From the NCBI GenBank assembly GCA_948432605.1, contig CAOJCV010000002.1, forward strand, positions 1 through 43,325: 43,325 bases of DNA, written 5' to 3'. Within the stretch, counting starts at the first letter, position 1. Each line of letters begins with the position of its first letter. This DNA is from an uncultured Mycoplasmatota bacterium. Lineage in GTDB: Bacteria; Bacillota_I; Bacilli_A; RF39; UBA660. Positions 33,871 through 42,078 of the stretch are shown here, piece by piece. The position numbers were made by a program, and so were the translations under genes. The notes beneath the pieces are model-generated. The model ran no database searches. It worked only from the letters and a program-made list of their open reading frames with translations, and was not told the DNA's origin.

Positions 33871-34200
33871 ATGGATAAAAAAAATCAAGGATCGTGGTTT
33901 CTAAAAGGGATTGGTGTTTTGTTTCTTTTGTATTTATCTTTAACTGTTGCCATAAAGTCTGGTTATTATGAAGCTAAATTAAGTCAAAAAACAACGATTA
34001 CAAATGAAGCTATACAAAAATTTGAAGAAGATGTGAAAGAAGGAAGAGATGTGGATATTACTGACTATGTGACTGATATTCATAAAGATTTTTCTAATCA
34101 TACTACAAAAGTTGGAGTTACATTTTCTAATGTTGTTCAAAATTTTATGTCAAAAGGTATTAGCGAAATGGTTCAAGTTTTTAAGAAATTATTTACTTAA
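33871..34200 (+). CDS. Small membrane protein in the yqxA (DUF3679) position
   Basis: It is 109 aa with one N-terminal TM helix (FLKGIGVLFLLYLSLTVAI). It lies between spoIIP and lepA exactly where B. subtilis has yqxA. The assignment rests on synteny and size only. Confidence 0.4.
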   Translation: MDKKNQGSWFLKGIGVLFLLYLSLTVAIKSGYYEAKLSQKTTITNEAIQKFEEDVKEGRDVDITDYVTDIHKDFSNHTTKVGVTFSNVVQNFMSKGISEMVQVFKKLFT

Positions 34201-34278
34201 ATATTTGAAATTAAACTATCAAATTTTTGCTAGTTTTTTTTATAGTTTTTCTGTATAATATTGATAGGTGATGGGTGG

Positions 34279-36090
34279 ATGCAAAAGACTATTAAACAAG
34301 AAAATATAAGAAATTTTTCAATTATTGCTCATATTGATCATGGAAAAAGTACGCTTGCGGATCGTATTTTAGAAATAACAGGGGCTGTTACAGAACGAGA
34401 AATGGTAAATCAACTTTTGGATAATATGGATTTAGAAAGAGAAAGAGGTATTACAATAAAATTAAATGCTGTTTCTCTAAATTATAAATATAAAGATGAA
34501 GAATTTCTTCTTAATTTAATTGATACACCAGGTCATGTTGATTTTTCGTATGAAGTTTCAAGAAGCTTGGCAGCATGTGATGGGGCTATATTAGTAGTTG
34601 ATGCAGCTCAAGGAATTGAGGCTCAGACATTAGCGAATCTTTATTTGGCATTGAATGCAGATCTTAAAATTATTCCTGTTATTAATAAAATTGATTTGCC
34701 AAATGCAAATGTTGAAAAAGTAAAGGAAGAATTAAAAAAAGTTTTGGGCTTTAAAGAAGAAGAGATTCTTCTTTGTAGTGGAAAGACAGGTGTTGGAGTA
34801 CGTGAATTAATTGAAGCTGTGATTGATTTAGTTCCTCCTCCCATTATTTCAAACCATACTCCTTTAAGAGCTTTGATTTTTGATTCTTATTTTGATCCTT
34901 ATAAAGGTGTGGTTGGATTAATAAAAGTAGAAGATGGAGAGATAAAAGTTAAAGATGAGATTTTATTGATGGCAAATAATGCGAGTTTTGAAGTTACAGA
35001 GCTTGGTTTTCGTGATCCAAAAGAAGTTCATGTGAATTGTTTAAAAAGTGGTGAGGTAGGTTATTTTTGTGCTGCAATTAAGGATATTGCCTCTGTTTCT
35101 GTTGGTGATACTGTTACTAAAAAAAGTCAACCTGCACTTACTGCTATTAAAGGATATCAACCAATGAAACCGATGGTTTATTCTGGAATTTTTCCTGTTG
35201 AGCCTAATCGATATGAAGCTTTAAAAGAAGCTTTTGAAAAGTTAAAATTAAACGATGCAGCTTTAACGATTGAACCAGAAACTTCAGATGCATTAGGATT
35301 TGGGTTTCGAGTAGGATTTTTAGGGCTTTTGCATATGGATATTATTACAACCAGAATCGATAGAGAATTTAATATTCCTGTAATAGCTACAAGTCCTAGT
35401 GTTGTTTATCATGTAACGCTTACAAATGGAGAAGAGGTTTTTGTTGATAGTCCAAATAAAATGCCTGAAGTAGTTAAGATTTCAAAAATAGAAGAACCTT
35501 ATATTTTTACAAATATTATTGTACCTAGTGATTATATAGGACCTATTATGGAACTTTGTCAAAATAAAAGAGGTATTTATAAAAATTTAGAATATATTGA
35601 TGAAACTCGTGTTAATATTCATTATGAAATTCCTTTATCTGAAGTTGTTTATGATTTTTTTGATAAATTAAAAAGTTATACGAAAGGATATGCGTCGTTA
35701 GATTATGAAATTTGTGGCTATCGAGAAAGTAATCTAGTAAAAATGAATATTTTATTAAACGGGGAGATTGTAGATGCATTATCGATTATTGTTCATAAAG
35801 ATTTTGCTTATCAAAGGGGAAGAAGTATTGTAGAAAAATTAAAAGACTTGATTCCACGGCAATTGTTTCAAATTCCAATTCAAGCACAGATTGGTTCAAA
35901 AGTTATTGCAAGAGAAAATATTAGTGCGATGCGTAAAAATGTTTTAGCAAAATGTTATGGTGGAGATATTACAAGAAAAAGAAAATTGTTAGAAAAACAA
36001 AAGGAAGGTAAGAAAAAAATGAAAATGGTTGGTAGTGTGGAAGTTCCTCAAGAAGCATTTTTATCTATTTTAAGTGGGGAGGATAAATAA
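34279..36090 (+). CDS. lepA: Elongation factor 4 (LepA)
   Basis: Motifs are [28 protein letters not shown] and NKIDL, with the C-terminal LepA-specific region ([16 protein letters not shown]). I set the start at MQKTIKQ (ATG 34279). Confidence 0.97.
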   Translation: MQKTIKQENIRNFSIIAHIDHGKSTLADRILEITGAVTEREMVNQLLDNMDLERERGITIKLNAVSLNYKYKDEEFLLNLIDTPGHVDFSYEVSRSLAACDGAILVVDAAQGIEAQTLANLYLALNADLKIIPVINKIDLPNANVEKVKEELKKVLGFKEEEILLCSGKTGVGVRELIEAVIDLVPPPIISNHTPLRALIFDSYFDPYKGVVGLIKVEDGEIKVKDEILLMANNASFEVTELGFRDPKEVHVNCLKSGEVGYFCAAIKDIASVSVGDTVTKKSQPALTAIKGYQPMKPMVYSGIFPVEPNRYEALKEAFEKLKLNDAALTIEPETSDALGFGFRVGFLGLLHMDIITTRIDREFNIPVIATSPSVVYHVTLTNGEEVFVDSPNKMPEVVKISKIEEPYIFTNIIVPSDYIGPIMELCQNKRGIYKNLEYIDETRVNIHYEIPLSEVVYDFFDKLKSYTKGYASLDYEICGYRESNLVKMNILLNGEIVDALSIIVHKDFAYQRGRSIVEKLKDLIPRQLFQIPIQAQIGSKVIARENISAMRKNVLAKCYGGDITRKRKLLEKQKEGKKKMKMVGSVEVPQEAFLSILSGEDK

Positions 36091-37454
36091 TGAGCAAAGT
36101 AGTTACAAAATGGGAACAACAAATAATAAAACTTGCTTTGCAAGGAAAATCAAATTATACAATAGCATATGAAATGAATTTAGATGCTGCTGTTGTAGCT
36201 TCTTTTATTCAAAGTCTAAGTATATTAAATCATCCGAATTATGATTTAGATACTTTTCAAAAAATTCAAATAGAACGTAATTTGAGTCAAAGAATAATTA
36301 TTGATAAAGATTTCTTAGAGGATGTAGTTTCTCTTGTATTTTCTGGTTTTACTTATGTTGAGATTGCTTCGATGTATGAAGATAAAACTGAAAAAGATGT
36401 TCAGCAAACAATTTATTTCTTGAAAGATAAACACTCAATATATAAAGATGAAGAATTATATGAAAGAGTTGTTCGAAAAAATTTAGAAAATATAAATAAT
36501 AATGAAGAGAAGATTTTTAAAAGACTTGAAGAATTAGAGCAGAATGGTTTAGACTTAAAAACTATTTCTGCTTCAATGCTTATTAAAAAGTATGATTTTA
36601 ATAAAAGACTACGTCTTATGATACAAGAATATTTGGATCATAATATGAATCTTACTGATCAATATTTAGCTACACATTATGGATTTCCCGATAAGACTGT
36701 AGCAGCAATTTTTACATCTTTCGAATACGAACAAAGAGTATTAAAAATTATAACTAAAGAAACTTTAGAGAGAATTCGCGAGTATCGAATAGCTAATGGA
36801 TTAAGATTGGCGAGGGAGTCAAATCAATTTCCATTGGAAGCTACTGAAGAAGAAAAAAAACAAGCAAATAAAATAAGATCGCAAATAAATTTATGGATTC
36901 CTATTCTTTTTACTTTTAAATTGTCTATAGAAGATTTAGCTATCATAAATAATATTAAAAATTTTTCTTTACTTCGATCTATAATTTATCAATCAACAAA
37001 TCAAATAGATGTTGTCACTTTAAATTCATTAGATTATTTATTTTCTCATGAAATTGCTGCTGATCCTCTTGAGGCTCTGCAACGAAGAAATAAAGCAAAA
37101 GCATTTTTGGCAGAATTAAGTAAAGCACAATTGACAAATAATGTGTCTAAGTATAAAGAAATGTTAGGATGGTTGATGGATGTTAAAGCAAAAAAATTAA
37201 TAAAAACTAAAAAAAGTCTATCTTCAATGACAGAAGAAGAATTGAATTCTATTTATGAGTATCGTATAAAATATGCTATTCCATATTCTTTTTTTCCATA
37301 TCATCGTGAAACACTTTTAAGTTATATGCCTGAAAAGTATAAAGACCAAATGGAAGAAATTTCAGATTTTAATGATAGAATATCAAAAGAATTATTTTCT
37401 AAATTAAATTATCAAAATAGTTCTTTAGAAAGTGATATGAGCTTTCGAAAATGA
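36090..37454 (+). CDS. Hypothetical 454-aa protein with several helix-turn-helix-like modules
   Basis: Its start shares one base with the lepA stop (TAATG), and its TGA overlaps the hemW ATG (ATGA). At least three HTH-like units are visible: WEQQIIKLALQGKSNYTIAYEMNLDAAVVASFIQSL, VVSLVFSGFTYVEIASMYEDKTEKDVQQTIYFLK, and MIQEYLDHNMNLTDQYLATHYGFPDKTVAAIFTSF. I recognised no family. Confidence 0.7.
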   Translation: MSKVVTKWEQQIIKLALQGKSNYTIAYEMNLDAAVVASFIQSLSILNHPNYDLDTFQKIQIERNLSQRIIIDKDFLEDVVSLVFSGFTYVEIASMYEDKTEKDVQQTIYFLKDKHSIYKDEELYERVVRKNLENINNNEEKIFKRLEELEQNGLDLKTISASMLIKKYDFNKRLRLMIQEYLDHNMNLTDQYLATHYGFPDKTVAAIFTSFEYEQRVLKIITKETLERIREYRIANGLRLARESNQFPLEATEEEKKQANKIRSQINLWIPILFTFKLSIEDLAIINNIKNFSLLRSIIYQSTNQIDVVTLNSLDYLFSHEIAADPLEALQRRNKAKAFLAELSKAQLTNNVSKYKEMLGWLMDVKAKKLIKTKKSLSSMTEEELNSIYEYRIKYAIPYSFFPYHRETLLSYMPEKYKDQMEEISDFNDRISKELFSKLNYQNSSLESDMSFRK

Positions 37455-38542
37455 CAAAAATGAGAAGTGTTTATATTCATATACCTTTTTGTAAATCTAT
37501 TTGTTCTTACTGTGACTTTTGCAAGGTTTTTTATTATGAAAAGTGGGCGCATGAATATTTATTGCGTTTAAAAGATGAAATAGAAGATTTTTATCAAAAT
37601 GATGAAATTAAAAGCATTTATATTGGTGGGGGTACGCCATCTGCTTTATCTTTAAAAGAAATTGAATTTTTGCTTGAACTTACTAAAAAATTAAAAAAAT
37701 CTTTAAATTTGGAATTTACTTTTGAATGTAATTTAGATGATATTAATGAAGATTTTCTTAAAATTTTAAAACAGTATCAAGTTAATAGATTAAGTATTGG
37801 GATTCAAACATTTCAAAAGCATTTATTAAAACTTTTAGGAAGAAATCATACATATGAAGACGCTTTTGAAAAAATGAAGATAATTCGATCTTTTGGTTTT
37901 CATAATGTTAATTTAGATCTTATTTATGCAATTCCTTCTGAAACTAAGAAAGATTTAATGAATGATTTAAAGTTATTTTTGAAGTTGAAACCTGATCACA
38001 TAAGTACTTATAGTTTAATGATTGAACCTCATACTTTGCTTTTTTCTAAAAGTATTAAACCTATAGACGAATGCATAGATTCTGAAATGTACAAGATTAT
38101 TTACAAATTTTTAAAAAAGAAAAAATATGTTCATTATGAAATTAGCAATTTTGCTCTTTTGAATCGTGAATCAATTCATAATCTAACTTATTGGAATAAT
38201 GAAGAATATTATGGATTTGGTGTTTCGTCGTCGGGCTATTTGGAAAATATACGTTATACTAATACGAAGAATTTGCTTAAATATTTAAAAGGTAATATTG
38301 ATCCTGTGCGAGAAATTTTATCCAAACAAGATATTATGGATAATGAAATGATGGTAGGGCTTCGGAAAAGAAAAGGGATATGTGTTCAGGAATTTCAAGA
38401 AAAGTACCATGTAATTTTGGAAGATGTATATCCTATTAAACCTCTTTTGAAGAATGGAGATTTAAAATTGAAAAATGGTTATTTATTTATTCCTTTTGAA
38501 AAAGTTTATGTAAGTAATGAAATTCTTTTAAAAATGATTTAA
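37451..38542 (+). CDS. hemW: Radical SAM heme chaperone HemW (HemN-like, formerly YqeR/HemN)
   Basis: It has the CxxxCxxC cluster (FCKSICSYCDFC), GGGTPS, and the HNLTYW motif. It lies downstream of lepA as in B. subtilis. Confidence 0.9.
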   Translation: MTKMRSVYIHIPFCKSICSYCDFCKVFYYEKWAHEYLLRLKDEIEDFYQNDEIKSIYIGGGTPSALSLKEIEFLLELTKKLKKSLNLEFTFECNLDDINEDFLKILKQYQVNRLSIGIQTFQKHLLKLLGRNHTYEDAFEKMKIIRSFGFHNVNLDLIYAIPSETKKDLMNDLKLFLKLKPDHISTYSLMIEPHTLLFSKSIKPIDECIDSEMYKIIYKFLKKKKYVHYEISNFALLNRESIHNLTYWNNEEYYGFGVSSSGYLENIRYTNTKNLLKYLKGNIDPVREILSKQDIMDNEMMVGLRKRKGICVQEFQEKYHVILEDVYPIKPLLKNGDLKLKNGYLFIPFEKVYVSNEILLKMI

Positions 38543-38589
38543 GAAGAATATTTTGATAATCTTTTGCCAAACTAGCAGTAGGTGATTGT

Positions 38590-39033
38590 ATGAAAAAATT
38601 CTTCTTTTTTTTAATTCTTTTACTTTTTCCGATTGTTGTTTCCGCAGGTTCTATACAAAATTTAGAAGTTAAAAATGGAACTTTGTCTCGAAAGTTTGAA
38701 TCGAATAATAATATATATTCCGTTATACTTTATGATGGAGAACAAAATCCTATTTTTGATTATGATTTAAGTAATGAAAATTGTAGTGTAGAAATTGAAG
38801 ATACAGATAATATTACTCAAATTCATGTTACTTTAGACAATAATTTGAAAGAAACTTATACTTTTTATGTTGAAAAGGAAGAAGATGTTCCTGTATTTAA
38901 AGAATTTTCAAATGATCCAAAAACGATTCAAGCGAAGCTTCCTCATTTAGAAATATATGTAGGGATGGTCTGTTTATTTGTTATTGTTGTTTTGTTTAAA
39001 TGTATTGTTTTAGGTTTTAAAAAAAGAAAATAA
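38590..39033 (+). CDS. Small secreted or anchored protein with a cadherin-like beta-sandwich-type domain
   Basis: It has a signal peptide (MKKFFFFLILLLFPIVVSA) and a C-terminal TM helix plus KKRK tail. The opening IQNLEVKNGTLSRKFESNNNIYSVIL resembles the Cadherin-like beta-sandwich domain pattern (L-x-v-s-x-G-x-L-x-P-x-F-...-Y-x-v). Confidence 0.5.
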   Translation: MKKFFFFLILLLFPIVVSAGSIQNLEVKNGTLSRKFESNNNIYSVILYDGEQNPIFDYDLSNENCSVEIEDTDNITQIHVTLDNNLKETYTFYVEKEEDVPVFKEFSNDPKTIQAKLPHLEIYVGMVCLFVIVVLFKCIVLGFKKRK

Positions 39034-39048
39034 TTCATATTATGAATT

Positions 39049-39669
39049 ATGACAAAATTAATTGCCCATCGAGGCTTGAAAATAAAAGATGTTAAAGAAA
39101 ATTCTATTGAAGCTATTCGTCTTGCTTTGCAAAACGATCATTATGCTGGTTTTGAATGTGATGTTCGAACAACGAAAGATAAAAAATTTGTAATTATGCA
39201 TAATCCTATAAAGCAAAATGATATGATATCTTTAACAACTTATAAGGAATTAAAGGATAAATATCATATACCTTTGCTAGAAGATGTTTTGAAACTTCAA
39301 AGCGAAAAGATTTTTTTACTTGAAATTAAAGAACCTAATTTGGATGTTGATTTATTTCTTAATTTTTTAAGGTCTTATCAAAATAAAAATATCTATTTGA
39401 TGAGCTTTCACAATAGCGTGATAAAAAAGTTAGCTGTATCATCACGATTTTATAAGTTAGGTGTTCTAAACTATGTGCTGAATAGTGAAGAAAATTATAA
39501 TGATTATGATTTTATTTGCTTGTTAGAAGCTATTGTAACACCAAAATTAATAAAATATTTTGAAGCAAAAAAAATAGAAACTTTTTTATATGGAATTCAT
39601 CATTTTGATTCGCTTGTTTCTATGTATCCAAATAGTTATTTTATTACAGATAAAATCATTGATTCGTAA
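39049..39669 (+). CDS. Glycerophosphodiester phosphodiesterase (GDPD family), cytoplasmic type
   Basis: The GDPD active-site pattern is present: IAHRG...ENSIEAIRLA...GFECDVRTTKDKKFVIMHN. There is no signal peptide. Confidence 0.8.
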   Translation: MTKLIAHRGLKIKDVKENSIEAIRLALQNDHYAGFECDVRTTKDKKFVIMHNPIKQNDMISLTTYKELKDKYHIPLLEDVLKLQSEKIFLLEIKEPNLDVDLFLNFLRSYQNKNIYLMSFHNSVIKKLAVSSRFYKLGVLNYVLNSEENYNDYDFICLLEAIVTPKLIKYFEAKKIETFLYGIHHFDSLVSMYPNSYFITDKIIDS

Positions 39670-39896
39670 TTTTTTTTCTTTTTTATGGCATTTATTTCTT
39701 CTTTAAATCCTAAAATGTAGTCTGCTGATACATTTAGATATTTACAGATTTCAATAAAACGTGTAATGGACATAATAATAATACCTTTTTCATATCTGGT
39801 ATATTGTTGTTGTTGTTTTATTTTAGCGATTCATAGCTTTTTTTGTGTAATATTTTTACAATCTCTTATCCATTGCAATCTTTCTGTATAATACAT
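39636..39896 (-). pseudogene. XRE-family HTH gene interrupted by a single in-frame TGA
   Basis: The minus-strand frame from ATG 39896 (GGAGG RBS) reads MYYTERLQWIRDCKNITQKKL-TGA(39833-39831)-IAKIKQQQQYTRYEKGIIIMSITRFIEICKYLNVSADYILGFKEE... and runs to TAA at 39638-39636. The TQ..L.......YE.G ... DYILG spacing fits Cro/CI-type HTH domains. The 3' end overlaps the GDPD gene by 34 nt. Confidence 0.6.
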
Positions 39897-39986
39897 AATA
39901 CCTCCTTTTCACGGTTATACTATGCATTTCTTTAAAAGAATTAAAATGTGAACGTATGTGTTGTTAGGATCTGAAAATAAATGTAT

Positions 39987-40013
39987 TTAGCACTTATTCC
40001 TTGACAGTGCTAA
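39987..40013 (+). promoter_or_regulatory. CIRCE (HrcA operator) inverted repeat upstream of htpG
   Basis: The sequence is TTAGCACTT-N9-CAGTGCTAA against the consensus TTAGCACTC-N9-GAGTGCTAA. The arms are a perfect 8-bp match with exact 9-nt spacing. Confidence 0.8.
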
Positions 40014-40029
40014 ATAGTTGTGTTATAAC
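40001..40029 (+). promoter_or_regulatory. SigA-type promoter of htpG, overlapped by CIRCE
   Basis: TTGACA (40001-40006) sits in the CIRCE spacer and right arm. A 17-nt spacer follows, then TGtTATAAC (-10 hexamer at 40024-40029). Confidence 0.6.
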
Positions 40030-40052
40030 ATTAATGGATGGTGATGAAAAAT

Positions 40053-41933
40053 ATGGCTAAAAAAGAATTTAAAGCAGAATCAAAAAAATTAATGGAATTA
40101 ATGATAAATTCTATATATACAAATAAAGATATTTTTTTAAGAGAACTCATTTCTAATGCAAGTGATGCGATTGATAAGTTGCATTATGAGTCGTTAACAA
40201 ATGATAATGTGAAAGTGAAGAAAAAAGAATTTGAGATTTTTTTAAAAACAGATAAAGAAAAACGAACTTTAACTATTATGGATAATGGTATTGGAATGTC
40301 TAAAACAGAACTTGAAATTAATCTTGGAACAATTGCTAAAAGTGGTTCTGAAGTTTTTAAAAATGAAAATGAACATAAGAAAGATATAGATATTATTGGA
40401 CAATTTGGAGTAGGTTTTTATTCAGCATTTATGATTGCTCAAAAAATCACTGTTTTAAGTCGTTCTTATCACAGCGATGAAGCTTATCTTTGGAAATCAA
40501 GTGGCATCGATGGCTATACCATAGAAAAAAGTGAGAAAGATTCCTACGGAACAGAAATTACTTTATATTTAAAAGAAGACACAGAAGATGTAAAATATTT
40601 TGAATACTTAGAAGAATACAAATTAAGAGAATTAATTAAAAAATATTCAAACTACATAACTTATCCTATAAAAATGGAAACTACACATTCTCATAAAAAA
40701 GAGGATAGTGAAGAATATGAAACACACACTGAAGTAGAAACACTAAACGATATGATTCCATTATGGAAAAGAAACAAAGCAAAAATTACTGACGAAGAGT
40801 ATAACACTTTTTATAGTGACAAATTCTTTGATTATGAGAGTCCTTTAAAAACAATTCATACAAGTGCTGAAGGGCTAGTAAGTTACAATTCTATGCTGTT
40901 TATTCCTTCACATGCACCTTATGATTATTATTCGAAAAACTATGAAAAAGGATTACAACTTTATTCCAATGGTGTGCTAATCATGGAAAAATGTAGGGAC
41001 TTACTTCCAGATTATTTTAGTTTTGTAAAAGGTGTTGTGGATTCTCCTGACTTATCTTTAAATATTTCAAGAGAGATTTTACAACAAGATAAGAATTTAA
41101 AAATGATTGCAAAAAATATTGAAAGTAAAATTACTAAAGAACTTACAACTATGTTAGCAGACGATCGCGAAAATTATGAAAAATTTTGGGAAGCTTTTGG
41201 TATGCAAATTAAGTTTGGGGTTTATGATAGTTTTGGAATGAATAAAGAAAAGCTTCAAGATTTATTATTGTTTGTTTCTTCTCAAGATTTGAAATTCAAA
41301 ACTTTAGAAGAATATATTAATCAAATGAAAGAAGAACAAAACAGTATATATTATGTATGTGGAGAGTCAGTTTCGGCATGTGATTCTATGCCTCAAGTGG
41401 AAATGGTAAAAGAAAAAGGATATGAGGTTTTATATTGTAAAGATTATGTAGATGAATTTGCTCTTCAAATTCTTAGAGAATATAAAGGTAAGAAATTTGT
41501 AAATGTTTCTAAAGATGATCTTGATTTAGATACCGAAGAAGAAAAAGAACTATTAAAAAAAGAAAATGAAGATAATAAATCTATGTTTGATTTCATGAAG
41601 GAATCTTTAAAAGATATTAAAGAAATTAAGTTTACAAATCGTTTAAAAAATCATCCTGTTTGTTTAACAAGTGTAGGTAATTTATCCATTGAAATGGAAA
41701 AGGTAATGAACGCAATGCCTAATAATAATGGTGTAAAGGCTGAAAAGGTTTTGGAAATTAATATAAATCATAACATTGCAAAAAAATTAAAGAAACTTTA
41801 TGAACAAGACCAAGAAGAGTTAAAGGCGTATACAAAGATATTGTATGCTGAAGCTAGATTAATTGAAGGTTTACCAATTTTGAATGCTACAGAAATTGCA
41901 AGTCTTATTTGTGATACGTTATCAAAAGAGTAG
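40053..41933 (+). CDS. htpG: Molecular chaperone HtpG (Hsp90)
   Basis: Motifs are FLRELISNASDAIDKL, DNGIGM, IGQFGVGFYSAF and VDSPDLSLNISRE. I set the start at MAKKEFKAES (ATG 40053). Confidence 0.97.
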   Translation: MAKKEFKAESKKLMELMINSIYTNKDIFLRELISNASDAIDKLHYESLTNDNVKVKKKEFEIFLKTDKEKRTLTIMDNGIGMSKTELEINLGTIAKSGSEVFKNENEHKKDIDIIGQFGVGFYSAFMIAQKITVLSRSYHSDEAYLWKSSGIDGYTIEKSEKDSYGTEITLYLKEDTEDVKYFEYLEEYKLRELIKKYSNYITYPIKMETTHSHKKEDSEEYETHTEVETLNDMIPLWKRNKAKITDEEYNTFYSDKFFDYESPLKTIHTSAEGLVSYNSMLFIPSHAPYDYYSKNYEKGLQLYSNGVLIMEKCRDLLPDYFSFVKGVVDSPDLSLNISREILQQDKNLKMIAKNIESKITKELTTMLADDRENYEKFWEAFGMQIKFGVYDSFGMNKEKLQDLLLFVSSQDLKFKTLEEYINQMKEEQNSIYYVCGESVSACDSMPQVEMVKEKGYEVLYCKDYVDEFALQILREYKGKKFVNVSKDDLDLDTEEEKELLKKENEDNKSMFDFMKESLKDIKEIKFTNRLKNHPVCLTSVGNLSIEMEKVMNAMPNNNGVKAEKVLEININHNIAKKLKKLYEQDQEELKAYTKILYAEARLIEGLPILNATEIASLICDTLSKE

Positions 41934-42031
41934 TTTTACTATTTCTTTTTTTGTTTCTAAAGTTATAACTTGAGAAAGACCATTTTTTCTAAACTTTCTG
42001 CTTTTTTATTTGTTAAAAACTGGAAAGTTTC

Positions 42032-42060
42032 TTGTGCTTTCTTTTTTTCTGTATTATAAT
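42032..42060 (+). promoter_or_regulatory. Possible SigA-type promoter for mutS
   Basis: TTGTGC (42032-42037), a 17-nt spacer, then TATAAT (42055-42060). Confidence 0.35.
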
Positions 42061-42078
42061 TTTTTACAGGTGATAAAA

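Noticed and set aside
596-34844. Short ORFs from the track that are nested antisense or out of frame inside long, well-supported genes: 596-811, 5095-5286, 10694-10933, 10857-11108, 15009-15251, 16210-16419, 19571-19774, 24370-24555, 25913-26188, 26001-26207, 26282-26464, 29299-29625, 30331-30828, 30403-30702 and 34641-34844.
   Set aside because: Each lies wholly within a gene with clear family motifs on the other strand or frame. None has a convincing RBS, and their translations are low-complexity (Ile/Phe/Lys/Asn-rich). This is expected from chance open frames in AT-poor-stop antisense sequence.
39831-39833. The in-frame TGA of the XRE gene as evidence for a Mollicutes-type code (TGA = Trp).
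   Set aside because: TGA terminates at least two well-defined genes here (16172-16174 before the wzx RBS, and 37452-37454 overlapping the hemW ATG). All Trp codons I checked are TGG. The interrupted position is normally a small residue, not Trp.
1208-40052. Upstream in-frame extensions of the track ORFs, starting at 1208, 2671, 7581(-), 7615, 9662(-), 12334, 12983, 19118, 28148, 31763, 34261 and 40038.
   Set aside because: In each case a downstream start has a Shine-Dalgarno sequence at proper spacing and matches the conserved N-terminus of the family. The extension overlaps a terminator, a promoter or the preceding gene.
41934-42031. A terminator for htpG among several short GAAAG/CTTTC hairpins followed by T-runs.
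   Set aside because: The stems are only 5-6 bp and AT-rich with long loops, and several alternative pairings exist. They are too weak to call.
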